This document shows positions 11,837-25,160 of a stretch of 64,000 nucleotides of DNA, piece after piece. Below the pieces are notes generated by a model, which was not told the origin of the DNA, ran no database searches, and saw only the letters and a list, made by a program, of their open reading frames with translations. A program made the translations under genes and the position numbers. This stretch comes from Octopus vulgaris (lineage: Eukaryota), in assembly GCA_951406725.2 (NCBI GenBank), contig OX597816.1, forward strand, positions 134,292,001 to 134,356,000, read 5' to 3'. Each line of letters begins with the position of its first letter. Position 1 is the first letter of the stretch.

Positions 11837-13573
11837 ATGAAACCAGGCAAAGCCCCTGGCCTATCAGGAATCACTGCTGAGATGCTTAAAACAGCTGGCT
11901 ATGTGGGCCATGCCATAGTCACCCGCATTGTAAACCAGGTAGTTCACAATGGAGCCATACCCAATGACTGGTGCAGCAGTACCATAGTCAACTGCTACAA
12001 GGGTAAGGGTGATGCTCTAGATAGAAATAACTACAGAGGTATCAAACTGTTGGACCAGGTGATGAAGGTCTCAGAGAAGGTCATAACCAATCTCATTAGG
12101 GAGAGAATTTGTTTAGATGAAATGCAGTTCGGTTTTGTACCAGGTAGAAGCACCACTGATGCTATATTCCTGGTCCGACAACTGCAGGAGAAGTACCTAG
12201 CTAAAGATAAACCCCTCTACATAGCTTTTGTAGACTTGGAGAAAGCCTTTGACAGGGTTCCCCGTTCCCTTATCTGGTGGTCGATGCGGAAACTGGAGAT
12301 TGAAGAATGGCTAATAAGGGCTGTACAGGCTCTATACAGAGAGGCTGTCAGCAAGGTTAGGATTGGCAACGAATATAGTGAAGAATTCCGAGTAGAAGTA
12401 GGTGTGCACCAGGGCTCAGCCCTCAGTCCCCTTTTATTCATCATAGTCCTTCAGGCAATAACAGAGGAATTCAAAACGGGATGCCCCTGGGAGCTCCTCT
12501 ATGCCGATGACCTAGCTCTCATAGCAGAATCACTACCGGAACTAGAAGAGAAATTTCGGGTGTGGAAGCAAGGGTTGGAATCAAAGGGCCTTAGAATAAA
12601 TGTAGCAAAGACCAAAGTATTAGTAAGCAGCAAGAGGTACTCAGCACACATCCCCTCGGGTAGGTGGCCCTGCTCAACCTGTAGGAAAGGTACAGGTAGA
12701 AACTCCATAAGATGCACCCAATGTAAGTTATGGACACATAAGAGGTGCAGCAACATTAAAGGGAAATTAACAGATAAGATAGCTTTCATGTGCGGCAGAT
12801 GCACAGGGACAATAGACACAACAGACACTCAGAAAACAGATTCCATCACACTCCAGGGAGAGAAACTAGAAGTAGTTGATAGTTTCCGCTACCTGGGAGA
12901 CCAAGTTAGTAGCGGAGGTGGATGCACAGAGAGTATCACCACTAGAATACGAATAGCCTGGGCAAAGTTCAGAAAGCTCCTACCCCTACTGGCAACAAAA
13001 GGTCTCTCCCTCAGAGCAAAAGGTAGATTGTATGATGCATGTGTGCGAACTGCCATGCTTCACGGTAATGAAACATGGGCTGTGACTGCAGAAGACATGC
13101 GTAGACTTGAAAGAAATGAAGCTAGCATGATCCGCTGGATGTGTAGTGTCAGTGTGCACGCAAAACAGAGTGTAAGTATCCTGAGAGAAATGCTGGATAT
13201 AAGAAGCATCAGATGTGGTGTGCAAGAGCGACGCTTGCGATGGTATGGTCATGTGCTGCGGATGGATGAAGAGAGATGTGTGAAGAAGTGCCACTCCCAA
13301 ACAGTTGAAGGTATCAGGGGGAGAGGTAGACCCAGGAAGACATGGGATGAGGTGGTCAAGCATGACCTCAGAGCATTGGGCCTCACTGAGGCAATGGCGA
13401 AGGACCGAGATCTCTGGAGATATGCTGTGACTACAAAGACCCGGGCTGCTTTCTGCAGCAATTCCACATACCCCCTACCCATTCTAAGTACCCCGGATCC
13501 CCAAAGTACCCTGGATCCCCAAAGTACCCCGATCCCCAAAGTACCCCGGACCTCGTTGCCCCCGTGCCGCTGA
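11837..13573 (+). CDS. RTE LINE reverse transcriptase ORF with an internal PHD-like zinc finger
   Basis: KAPG, NYRGIKLL, QFGF.PGRSTTDAIF, FVDLEKAFD, GVHQGSALSPLLF, YADD, YLG. Confidence 0.92.
   Translation: MKPGKAPGLSGITAEMLKTAGYVGHAIVTRIVNQVVHNGAIPNDWCSSTIVNCYKGKGDALDRNNYRGIKLLDQVMKVSEKVITNLIRERICLDEMQFGFVPGRSTTDAIFLVRQLQEKYLAKDKPLYIAFVDLEKAFDRVPRSLIWWSMRKLEIEEWLIRAVQALYREAVSKVRIGNEYSEEFRVEVGVHQGSALSPLLFIIVLQAITEEFKTGCPWELLYADDLALIAESLPELEEKFRVWKQGLESKGLRINVAKTKVLVSSKRYSAHIPSGRWPCSTCRKGTGRNSIRCTQCKLWTHKRCSNIKGKLTDKIAFMCGRCTGTIDTTDTQKTDSITLQGEKLEVVDSFRYLGDQVSSGGGCTESITTRIRIAWAKFRKLLPLLATKGLSLRAKGRLYDACVRTAMLHGNETWAVTAEDMRRLERNEASMIRWMCSVSVHAKQSVSILREMLDIRSIRCGVQERRLRWYGHVLRMDEERCVKKCHSQTVEGIRGRGRPRKTWDEVVKHDLRALGLTEAMAKDRDLWRYAVTTKTRAAFCSNSTYPLPILSTPDPQSTLDPQSTPIPKVPRTSLPPCR
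13488..13550 (+). repeat. 18-bp minisatellite (gtaccccggatccccaaa) x~3.5 at the LINE ORF end / 3' UTR
   Basis: Direct reading. Confidence 0.85.
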
Positions 13574-13817
13574 CACGTTAAAATGCTCGAACCGATCGTG
13601 ACGATGCCGGACCCTCCGGCCCCTGTGCAGGTGGCACGTAAAAAGCACCCAATCCACTCACGGAGTGGTTGGCGTTAGGAAGGGCATCCAGCTGTAGAAA
13701 CTCTGCCAGATTCAGACTGGAGCCTGGTGCGGACCCTAGCTTCCCAGACCCGGTCAAACCGTCCAACCCGTGCTAGCGCGGAAAGCGGGCGTTAAATGAT
13801 GATGATGATGATGATGA

Positions 13818-13862
<45 letters not shown>

Positions 13863-13956
13863 AGGTTTTATAATTTTAACCTTAAAGATATTTTAATATG
13901 TTGCTTCGTTTTTGATGAAATTTTTTTCTGTAAAAAAACTTCATCCTATATTAGTA

Positions 13957-14016
<60 letters not shown>

Positions 14017-14017
<1 letters not shown>

Positions 14018-14848
14018 CCAACTACATATGTGGAAAATTCTGTCTGTGGGGGTGTTTGTGGTGTTGTTAGCTAACTCCTCCTATATCGTTTTATTGATCT
14101 TATTGAAACTTGACATTGAGTAGAACTCATGTCTGGAAACCTCATGGCATACTCAGATTGTTGAAAAAAATCGATAATAGGGCCTCTGGAAGGGATCCTT
14201 ATATATATAATATATTTCATTTTAACAGCCAAGGGAAATAACCCATTCATTTTCCTAAATCATTTGGTATAAATCAAGTTGAGTATGCTTATTTCTTAGT
14301 ATTTGAACTGTTAGAGTTATTTTTACAATTTATCCAGTACAACCCTTAAACAAGTAAATAGTATTTTCCTAAACAATAGATCCACTTATTTCAGTTAGTG
14401 ACTTATTTACAAATATACCAACACTAATGACGCTGAGGGTAATATTCTCTGTGAATGCCCAATAGCCCTTTTCAGAGTTATTTACTTTGATTGTTATTAT
14501 CTCATATCTGATTATCCTGTTATTACATAACATGCTTCATGATTTTAATATACATACTTTATTTGTATTTCCTCCTAAGTTCTATATGCTCTGGGAATAC
14601 ATTAAAACCGTTTTCGAGGATACTCTATTTGAATTCTTACATTCGGGTAACTAATTTCATGTTATTACATAACTGACTTCACAATTTGAGTATTCTGTGT
14701 GACAGTTCGGTATTCTCTGAAAATGCACAAAAACCGTTTTAAGGGCTACATACTGTGTATTGTTGTTATTGGATTAGCAAAACTATTGTGAGAATGGAAC
14801 CAAGAGATAAACCCCGCTTTCCCAGGAATTACTGGGTACGTCAGCTAG
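14017..14848 (+). mobile_element. Older Helitron-like non-autonomous element
   Basis: 3' CCCAG-gaatta-CTGGG hairpin followed by CTAG|T; 5' end uncertain. Confidence 0.55.
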
Positions 14849-15279
14849 TATGTGCGTGTGTGTGTGTGAAATCAAGAGAACATAGATTTGCACATCTGAG
14901 TTTTGTTTTATAGTTAATCACATCTTTCTTTGTCAAGACCTATGCACGTTTCCGCTGCAAGCCAGTGCACATTGTTAAATGTACATCCTGGTGTTAATTA
15001 TTGGTTCAACTTAATCAGTCTACTTTAACTGTTGGTCGGATGTCATCTGAAGAGAGTACAAGGTCTTGCAGATAAACTGAGACCATTTTTATGATGCATA
15101 AAACTGGTTATAAATACTAAAATAATGGTAGAGGACAAATATAATTTTAATGTAACATTTATTACAACAAAAACATTTATCAGTCAATATGGCTGCCCTT
15201 TTGGCTCCACACAAGAATGAAATTTTCTTGCAGCTGCTGCAACTTCCACCTTTTTGATTTTGCATGTTACACACACTAT

Positions 15280-15950
15280 GCAGGTCTTCAAACTGTTGAC
15301 ACTTGAGTGTGGCGAAGCATTTATCCTTGTTGAAGTATGTCCCATAAAAATTAATCGAGAAGGTTGAGATCTGGATTATTACTAGGTCAGATGTTGGCCA
15401 TCACAAAAAATTGTACCTTCTCACCAAGGAAGGCCTGTGTTGCTTTTGACCCATGGCATGGTGCAGAATCCTGGATAAGCATCACATTGTCAAGTCCGAA
15501 CTTCTGTTCCATCCAAGGTAACAGAGAGTTCTTCAGTATATCCAGATACTCCTTTGTGCTGATCTTCAAACCAGACTCAATGAAGTGTGGATCCATGACA
15601 CTTCCATCACTTGCCATGACTCCAAATAACATCACAGAGGCAGGATTCTTAGTCTCAAACACAGTGGGGACGTCAGAAAGGTTGTATGCAATCACTTGAG
15701 AATTTCTGAAATTCACCTCAGTATCCAAGGTGAACTTCTTGTCCACAAACACGAGAGTTTTCCTTCACCTTGAGGAATGACAGAAGCTTTGGGCATCTCT
15801 TAGCTCTGATTGCTTTGACCTTGGTTGTTAGGAGGTGACGAACATAGCCAGTCATGCCAAGGTTCCTGTTCACAGCTCTGGACCCTGGACCCATTGCATT
15901 TCTTTGCAGGAGTTGTCATGGATATGGATGGGCTAGCATAAATGTTGATG
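15280..15950 (-). pseudogene. DD37D (maT-type) Tc1/mariner transposase fragment
   Basis: KNPASVMLFG, IQDSAPCH...*PSNNPDLNLLD with 37 residues between the aspartates; internal stops. Confidence 0.85.
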
Positions 15951-16446
15951 GTGGAACATGTCCTTCTATAGTGTTGACTTCTAACATAAGCATATAATCA
16001 TAAATTTTTGCAGATGCCAGCCAATTAAATCAACTGCAGTATTTGACAAGTACTTAATTTTAATGATCTCAGAAGGATATAAGGCAAAGTTGACTTTAGT
16101 GGGATTTGAACTCAGAATGTAACTAAATACATTTTGTTCAGTATTCTAATGATTCTGCCAAACTGCCAGCCTTGTGTCCCCATATAATATTAGTAATAAA
16201 CAAGTACTGTTTTACCTTTACTGTATGTCTGAATATATTTTGGATGTTGATTGTATTTGGATGTATAACATATACTGAATATATCTTTTTTATATATTCT
16301 TCCATCTGCATATGAACAACTGGTGATAATTTTTATAAATATTTAATTTGTTAGTGGAAAATAAAATTAACATCAAACTTAGACCATGCTGCCATAATGG
16401 ATCATGAATAAATTCAATATAATGTAATGTATTGTTTCCATTTCAG

Positions 16447-16512
16447 TTGATTAAGTGGTTACCTTTAATCCATATTGATAAATTTATGTTTACAGATGAA
16501 GATGAATGCATG
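16447..16512 (+). CDS. Host gene exon 2 (LIKWLPLIHIDKFMFTDEDECM)
   Basis: tttcag acceptor, ATG|gtaaat donor, 66 nt, phase 0/0. Confidence 0.75.
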
Positions 16513-17419
16513 GTAAATTTCTTTCAGATCTTACTCCTAATTTCTTTTTGTCAGAATCTAATAGATTTTCTCTTTTTCCTGCATTTGAAAATAGACAAAA
16601 ATGACACATAAAGTAATGTTTGATGGTTTCCTTTAAATTTTCACTGAGTATTTGTTACAGATTTGAAGTTACTTCCTGGAAATATTTTCTTCCAATTGTT
16701 AATGCAGTAGGGGAGTTCAAATATTGTATTAAAAATAAAAGTATTTTTATTGTAAGCCTAGTTAACATCCAGTTGGCAAACATTTAAAATAATTGTTTAC
16801 ACTTTAGTTAAAAGTTTGAAATATTTATCTCCCTTTATATTTAAATTATTTGAAGATATGTACCTGTAATATGTGTATGTATCAGTGTGTGGGAGTTTGT
16901 AGTGATACTCTCAAAGCTTAGGTCTGTTCATAGCTCTTTAACTGAAGTAGGTACTTTAATGATCATAGTGAAATTTGATTTGAATATAAATTTTTTAATG
17001 TGACTAAAACTTAGCAAAAATTTTTGAATGTGACTGAGTGGATAAATAGAAGAGAGAGTGTTACATATGAGGGTGAAATGAGTATGAATATGAGTGTGAT
17101 GGTGGGGAAACAGTTTGATAGGTGTGAGACGATGGTGAGGGAGAAATTATGGAAGAGAGACAGTGGTAGCTACTTGTTGGTTGTTAAAGAGACTGAATAA
17201 AAAATAACATGGACAGTGTGATAGGCTAGCAATAGAGATAAATGTTGGTAAGAAAACGCTTATGATGGGTCGCTATAGAGATGGGTTAGGGTAAGTGAGA
17301 GTGGTAGACATCAATGAATAATCATATAGGGGACAGATAGTAATGGCTGGTAGTAAAGAAGGATGATGGTAGTGAATCCTGGATATGGACAGATTAAAAC
17401 TATCCCTCATTACACAACC

Positions 17420-17928
17420 ATCATGCGCATGATGGAATTCGCATCATCAGTTTGGAACCCCTATCTTGCTCAGAACATTGACCTCCTGGAATCTGTTCAG
17501 AGACGTGCAACCAAACGCATACCCTCCATCAGACACCTACCATATTCTGAGCGCCTTGTTTCCCTGGGCATGGATTCACTGAAGCTCCGGCGTCTGGCGA
17601 CGGACTTGGTAAACGCCCACAAAGTTGTCAACCACCTCACCAATAACAACACTGAACACCTTTTTGATCTCCATGTGTCTAACACACGTGGACATGCCTA
17701 CAAAGTCAGAAAACAACACAGCTCCCATGACTTTCGGAAACATTTCTTCACGCTCAGAGTTGCTGAAGCATGGAATAAACTGCCTGCGTCAGTTGTTGAC
17801 TGCCATGACACTGCATCCTTTAAGGCCCTCATGCTTTCCAAAATCCGTCGAAACTACACCTGATTATATATACACTTTAGATGAGTTGTAGTGCACCTGA
17901 GCACTGTACACAATGTTTATTATTATTA
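17420..17928 (+). mobile_element. 3' end of a CR1/L2-like LINE with (ATT)n tail
   Basis: EFASSVWNPY, LESVQRRATK, YSERL, RR...DL, TRGH..K, FFTLRV...WNKLP. Confidence 0.85.
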
Positions 17929-18169
17929 TCATGAGGGAAAAGTAATAGATTTGTTGAGAGGTGATGGTGGAAGAGAAGTAGAGTGATAAGGGTTGAAAGA
18001 TTAAATATAGGCACATCAAATGCCATTCCATATTATACAAGCCACTTAGTGCAGTTGAGAGGAGAATGATAGCTAAAAGAGTAACAAATAGGCAGTAGAT
18101 GATATCATATCAAGAAGATAATCACTGAGCTACCCAAATATAGATATATTATATACCTCCCAGCTGCCA

Positions 18170-19496
18170 TTACTACCACCATTTTAATGTTTATTTCATC
18201 ATGATTGCACTATTTGTTGTTAATCTCTGCAAGTTTTTGATATTTCCTTCATGAGGTTCAACATTCTGGGATTAGATCTCACTACTTCTTTACATTTCTT
18301 TCTCGGTCTCTCTTATCCACAAGTTCCAACAATATGAAACACTTGGCACTTCTTTGTATATCCTGCATAGTCTCCTCTCTCTATACTGCATCTTATTCTG
18401 ATTCCTCTTATGTATAAATTTCTTTTTGGTTCATTTGTGTTTTGTCATTCATGCACACTAGCATTGCACATCCAACAGAGTATGCTCTCTTCATTCTTTC
18501 TAGCCCTTACAAATCTTATTCCACCATGCACTTGCTACTATACAGTATTGCACTTTGTGAAGTCTGTTCTTTATTCTGAGAGAGGAACCCTTTGCTACCA
18601 ACATAGATAATTTGTCTGAACTTTTTCCAACTCATTTTTATTGCTGTTCTTTCAGAACACCCACCGCCACTGCTAATTAGGCCACCTAGGTAACAAAAGT
18701 TATAAACTAATGAGCCTTTAGAGGAATTGAAAGAATTTATTCCTCTTGTATTCTTACTACTAATTCCTCCTGCCACATACAAAGACTACTTTCTCTGCCA
18801 AGTTTACCTGTGGTTTCACTACACTCCTTGTGCATCCATAGTTTACACTGGGTACACTGCATGAAACTTCTACCTTGTCCTTTTCTACATTTTGAGGATG
18901 TCTATTTCTAGGATGGTGGCAAAAATCTACTTTCTTCTACTTACTAAAACTTGTAATGCTAGTCAAATTAGTTTGAAGGCCCTTGATTCCAGGTTTTACT
19001 TCCAAATCTAGAATTTCTTCTCTAAATTTTATACAGATTCTGTGATAAGAATGAGGTCATTAGCATACAGAAGTCCCTGTAAACAGTCAGTCTTAGACTG
19101 TCAAAGGATTTTTCTAGTTGGTTTATGCTAGGTATAGAGCTCAGCACTTCTGCAAGTTGTCTTCCTCTAGGAATGTAGCATTGGTAGTTCCTCTTACTGA
19201 CCTGCATCTCATCCAGGCTAATTCTCTTCCTAATCAATTGTACTGTAACTTTTCATTACATGGTTCAACAATCTGATGTCTCTGTAATTGCCTCTCACAA
19301 CAGCATCTCCTTTTCCTTTGTAATAGTCAACAATGATATTGCTACACCAGTCATTGGGAACTTCTGTATACCTGATTGATTATGCAAATAACTAGCATAT
19401 GACTTTCTTCACCAGATATTTTAAGCATCTCTTTACATTTGTTATTTAACTATTAGGCCCCATGCTGAAAATCTCCAGTGTATATGTATGTGTGTA

Positions 19497-19544
<48 letters not shown>

Positions 19545-20860
19545 CACACACTTACACACATACATAGACACACTCACATGTACATACACATACGCAAACA
19601 CATAATATATAGTGATCATTTAAGTTCTTCATCTGGTGCTTGTACTGCCCTTTCCTAAAGTTAAGTTTACTTTGATAGTTCATTCAGTGAACTTTGCAAT
19701 CATAGTAAATTAAAGAAATCATAAGTGATAGTGCGTGTGTGTATGTGTGTGTGTGGTTTAATATGTCTAAACTAAAATCAGCAAATTACAGATGGAAAAA
19801 AGAATAAATTTTTATAACTGAGATCATTGGCAGTACAAGCACCAGATGAAGAACTTAAATGATCACTATATATTATGTGTATGTACATGTGAGTGTGTCT
19901 ATGTATGTATGTGTAAGTGTATTTATATATATATAAATATATAAATTTCGTTTAACAGAAGTAATAACTGCAGTGTTAGTAGTGATGTTGAACATTGAAG
20001 TAGTAATTATTGTCTAGTTGAACAGTTGTTCCCTCTGTTAGATTTATTTGGTTTAAGTTCTCACACTCCCATGCATTTTTCTTATTCAACATCTTCACAT
20101 AACAACTCTTCATATCTCTTTCTTTTCAGCATCAGGAAGGCCATGTGTACTGTTATTATTCCATATACATATCTTCCCAACAGCATCTTGATTCTCTCCA
20201 GTACACTGCCTAGCAGTGTGGAACACCTTGTACCTCTAACCCTTACACCACAGGACATCTACAAACCTCTTGATTTCTGCATCTTTCCTTTCTAAGTATA
20301 ACAGACATCTAGCCTCTCTTCTTGCTGTTTGACATTATTCTCTGCTGCTCACTTTTTTCAGTCTTTCTAAGCTTGTCTTTTAGCTTTTAGAGCTCCAATT
20401 ACAGTACTATTTCACTATTATGTCAATTTTGCTCAAACCAGCCACAGATCTGTAGTTCTCAGCAGGCTGGTTGTCTTATAGAAACTTTCAGTTGTCCTCT
20501 ATTATATCTCTATCTCCTCCTTCCTCTTAGACCTACAACCAGCCAAGGGTTATTTCAACTCCAATAGTTTCTGTTGTGTGTGTGTTTGTTTCTGGATCTG
20601 TTTAGCTCTAACTTTGAAGTTAGACTTAACATTTCCAGCCATCTGCTTAAAATCTATTTGGTATGGATGTTCACCTGATTGGTTGATGATCATGTAGCTT
20701 GCCAGTTTCTTGAAGTTAGTGATGCAAATGTTTAGGATAATTTGAATTACAGAAACTCAAGAGCTTTAATCCCTCATTCCTCATTTCATATCCTTAACAT
20801 CCATGTACACCAGAGAAATTATCGTGGTATTGCACAACATAATTAGCTATTTTTATGAAG
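18170..20860 (-). mobile_element. Old degraded RTE LINE interrupted at ~19460..20010
   Basis: Decayed homology to the 11.2-13.8 kb element (FCYLG..ISSGGGCSE, IRKRISLDEMQ, PNDWCSNIIV). Confidence 0.7.
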
Positions 20861-21309
20861 TTTTTATCAATTCCCTTCAAATACAGTTACTAAATTCTTT
20901 GGAACAAGTTGCACTGAGGATGACATAAAATATTGAAATAGTCTGTCTAAAATGTAGAGGGATTAAAAGTTGAAATCAAATAAAATATTAAAAAATTAAT
21001 TACAGAAAAAAATTTTGCTTTTTAATTAATATACTAAAATGAAGAAAATTTCTCGCAAAGCTTGTCTCCTTTGCTAAGAAAAAAAAAGGTCTATCTACTC
21101 CTCATTTCGAGCATTCAATGGCAATATGTGTCTTCAAAGACAGTTGCTGAGAGGAAAATAGTGAACACAGGGAGAAATATTTTTTTTGAAAAAAGAAAAG
21201 ATAGAAGAGAGAGAGAGATAGAAGACGTCCAGTCCTTAGAACATCATGCAAGAAAGAAAGATGGATGATGGTCACATGTGAGCAATGAGAGAGAGGAAAA
21301 GAGAAAGAG

Positions 21310-21356
<47 letters not shown>

Positions 21357-21567
21357 TAGAAAACGGTGAATGGGAGAAAACAGTATAGGGTATTTAATTG
21401 AACGCCAAGTATCCATTTCCAAGTATTGTTTATTGACAGATTTAAAGATCTGCAGATAATTTTAATAACTCTGTTCTTTCTTCTTTTTCTTTTTGCTGTG
21501 TTAGTTTATTTTGCATAATTATACTTTTCCCTTTTGTATTTAAGGAAAATATTTTTTCATATTTCAG

Positions 21568-21772
21568 GAAACAGACAGTATAGAAAGTACTGTTCGAAAA
21601 TTGAGTTATCGATATGATGAAGTGAAGTTTAAAGAGAATATTTCAACTACTTCTTATGATAATTTTATTAAATACCTTAGTGAACCATCAAAAACTCCAA
21701 TTCCAGAAAGACAACAATTGTCAAGTCTCTCTCTGCCAAGTTCATTTATCGCCAAAGTTTATGGATTCTTGA
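21568..21772 (+). CDS. Host gene exon 3 (ETDSIESTVRKL...KVYGFL)
   Basis: atttcag acceptor, A|gtatgt donor, phase 0/1. Confidence 0.75.
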
Positions 21773-22229
21773 GTATGTTAAGCTATAGCTCTAATACTGG
21801 AAAATGATTTATCTGCTAACCTATTTCATCATTGATATCATTGCTATCATCATCATTGCCACTGCAATATCCAGCGCCTTCCCACCACTGCCAAACTATA
21901 AAATGATAATAGTAGTAATAATTTCTAACAAGGCTACAATTTTTAAGGGAAGGTGCAGTTGATTAAATTTGATCCAATACCAGGTTGGTACTTATTTATT
22001 AACTTGAAATAGATAAAAAGGAAGAGTCAGTGTTGTGAGATTTGAAATCATATAAAAAGATGTTCTTAAGTGTCAGAAAGTATTTTGTCTGCCGTCCACC
22101 ACCACTTCCCCAACAATAGTAATAATAATTGTTTCAATTATTATCTGTGTATTTATATTTTTACAATATAACATGTATTTATATTTTTACAATATAACAT
22201 TTCTATATTTCATCTTTGCTATATTCTAG

Positions 22230-22342
22230 ATGGAGGCCGTGCATCTAATCATTTAAATCTTGGTATGCCAATACACACTTTAAAGCTTGATGATTTTAAG
22301 GGCAACTTGTTACTATTCATGGATATCTACAAAATTCCTCGT
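22230..22342 (+). CDS. Host gene exon 4 (NGGRASNHLNLGMPIH...IYKIPR)
   Basis: ttctag acceptor, CGT|gtaagt donor, phase 1/0. Confidence 0.8.
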
Positions 22343-22837
22343 GTAAGTTTTTGTATTGTAATTATCTGTAGTCTCAGTAGTTGCTTAATATAAATATGAG
22401 GATTTCTTATTAAGTGCTGGAGTATAGCTGTATTAAATGCAAGGGCTACTTTTGTTATTAGAATTTAGTTTTAGATGAATGTATATCAAATTTTGATAAC
22501 ATTCTTAAAAATTCCTTAAAATGACAATGTGTATTTGCTGCTTTTCTTACCTATTTGAATTTCTTTTATAGAAACTAGTTTAGCTATGAGTTTGAAATAA
22601 GTGTCTACAATAAAATATTTTCCCTAAGCCTTTAGGAGCTTCTAAATACTGTTCATGTAATGAAAGATGCATTTTTTCTGGTTAAAATGGCAGACCATTG
22701 CAGGTAATATGCTGAGATGTTATGGCATCAAATTTTTACAGATATTCATATAATTCCCACTTAGCTGTGTAACTCCCACTATTGTTTGAGCTGTTGTTAT
22801 CATATTTGTAGAAGAATACATTGATTATGTCTTTTAA

Positions 22838-23051
22838 CCCTCTTGGGACACGCAGGCCGATTGATCAGCCCAAGTGATACAAGCTGAAAGGATTTTGAGA
22901 CCGATCTGTTGGCTCGATTGAACAAATGTAAATGGTTGATTTTGAAGTGTAATAGCTAATCAGAGATTGTCTTTCAGTAGATGTCCCTCAGCAGAAAAAA
23001 ATTTTGGTCTTTTTGCCTACACATTTCAAAATACCGTGTGTCTCAAAAGGG
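22838..23051. mobile_element. piggyBac-type MITE
   Basis: TTAA on both flanks; TIRs CCCTCTTGGGACACGC / GTGTGTCTCAAAAGGG. Confidence 0.8.
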
Positions 23052-25037
23052 TTAATTATCTTTGAAAATAATCAAGAATTTGAAGAGATTGACACATTAA
23101 GTTGGTGTTTAGAATATAATTTAACAAAAGGTGCTAATATAAGATTATGAGAGAAGGTTTTAATTAAAATTTGAACTCTTGAAAAATTAGAGGTATCCCA
23201 AGACCAGTGACAGTTTCTGCAAGTTGTTATTGAAAAGGTCAAAACAAAAACCTCTGACTCAGTATTGTTGATGAAACTTATCTAAAGGTCATGTTCCCTA
23301 CTAGAATAGTGTGTTGTTCTTTTTTATTCAGGCTATTTACCATTCATTTTATCTTCTAATGGGCAATATGTTTCGATTATTTTATTGTATTTTTCTGTTG
23401 TAGCCAGGTTACATATTTTTGTGCACATTCACACATGTATTCAAAAATACACATGCATATCTGTTGACTGGACTGAATTTAAAGCTGTTATTTCTATAAT
23501 TGGAAATAATTAGGGTTTTAAATGATGTATACGCTCTGGAATAGATAAAAAGAATAAGGCTAATTATCTGACAACTTTAGTGTTAACTCATTGGGATATA
23601 GATGTGTAATTGTTGTGTATTCTTGGGTGTTTTAGATGATTCTGTTTCCTAGGACTGCTTAGCTTGAACTCTGCTTTTGGCTTAAAGAAATGCAGTGGGT
23701 GTGGCATTATCATCACCATCTTCCTCCTCCTCCTCCTCCTCATCATCATCATCATCATCACCACCACCACCATCACCACCACCACCACCCACGACGACAA
23801 CCACCACCACCACCATCATTATTATCATCATCATCTGCATGGGTTATGGTTTGACTGGAAATGGTAAGCTGGAGAGCTGCACCAGGCCCCAGTCTGTATT
23901 GGCTTGATTTGTATGGCTAGATGCCCTTCCTAATGTCAACCACTTTACAGAGTGTACTGAATACCTTTAACATGTCACCAGCACAAGTACCTTTAAATAA
24001 TATTTAAGAAGTAGATTATCATCTTATTTTCCAGTAGTTAATTTGAAGGGATTTATTTAGATTGGTAGAGTGGAGATAATTGAGTGATGTTACTGTTCAG
24101 TTTGAATTCTCACATGTTAGGGGTTGAAAAGATTGAGAGAGAGTTCCAATGGAAGGCAGTTATAAGAAAGAGGGATGAGGGAAAGTATGCTATGTGGTCT
24201 TGTTGAGATGATGGGAAGAACAATGATGTGTATATCATGCTAGTTCCTGGGGAAAACATAGAATGAAGCCAGCAAGATCAGAAGATTCAAAATTGCCATA
24301 GTGACAGTAGGGGGAAAAAATCGGCACAGGTTGATAGTGTATCAAAAGTTGTAAGAGTTTTAATGTGTGGAAAGCTTGTCTAATAGATAGACAGCTCTCT
24401 TCCTTGACTGAACAGATCTATGATCAAAGGCATTCCAGTCATGACTATCCGATTTGTTTCCAAGATGGTAGGCAGTGATTTGACTGCTATTTCAAACAGG
24501 TCCAGTGACTATAGAGAAAAGCTCCCTTGTCAGTACATTCAGTATTCTAGTGTAGAGCATATTTGGATTTTGTGTAAAGCTATTTTTTTCAATTTTTCAG
24601 TTAGTCTGAGAAGTTTGAGCCAACCATAAAACCTTTTTAGGTCCTCCTAGACTAGGAGTCAAAGCTAGGTTAGTGAATTTGATACAGCTGATTACAATTG
24701 AAATATTTTCTAGCCTTCAAACTCTGTAAAGAAATCAGTTTAGTCACTTGAAAAATATGTAGTTGCTATGAAATATTTTGAGATATTTCAGTGCCTAAAT
24801 GAGTGATAACTCTTGTTTTGTATTTTTTCTAAGTTGGGAGAATGTTGTGTTATTTATTCCAGAAAATACAAACTGTTTAAAATACATTAAATTTTTATTG
24901 GTATATTTTTACATTATTTTTTGTTTAAATTCTATTGTGTCTGGGGAGAGTCATATTCTTTTTGTGCCTTATAAAGTAACACAATCACCGGTAAAATTTC
25001 CATTTATTTTATTTAAATGTTTCTCTTTCAATTTTAG

Positions 25038-25160
25038 AATATTGCTAGTGGTCCAATTATTGATGAAATTAATATATATTCTGAGTCACTCAAGAAATTC
25101 AAAACTTACTTTAACAAACAAGAAACAGCAAGAACTTTCAAAACATATGACTCTTCTGAG
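25038..25160 (+). CDS. Host gene exon 5 (NIASGPIIDE...FKTYDSSE)
   Basis: ttttag acceptor, GAG|gtaaca donor, 123 nt, phase 0/0. Confidence 0.85.

Larger units (their letters stand above)
11250..13821 (+). mobile_element. Young 5'-truncated RTE-clade LINE (no endonuclease domain), 3' UTR and (GAT)n tail
   Basis: RT motifs, WWW motif upstream, a single frameshift near 11790, RGRGRPRKTW C-terminal motif, microsatellite tail. Confidence 0.93.

Noticed and set aside
20914-20945. CTGAGGA-TGAC...GAAAT hammerhead-like core
   Set aside because: Stem II and stem I do not pair convincingly; at most a decayed relic.
22148-22199. 26-bp tandem duplication upstream of the exon 4 acceptor
   Set aside because: Simple local duplication; no evidence of an effect on splicing.
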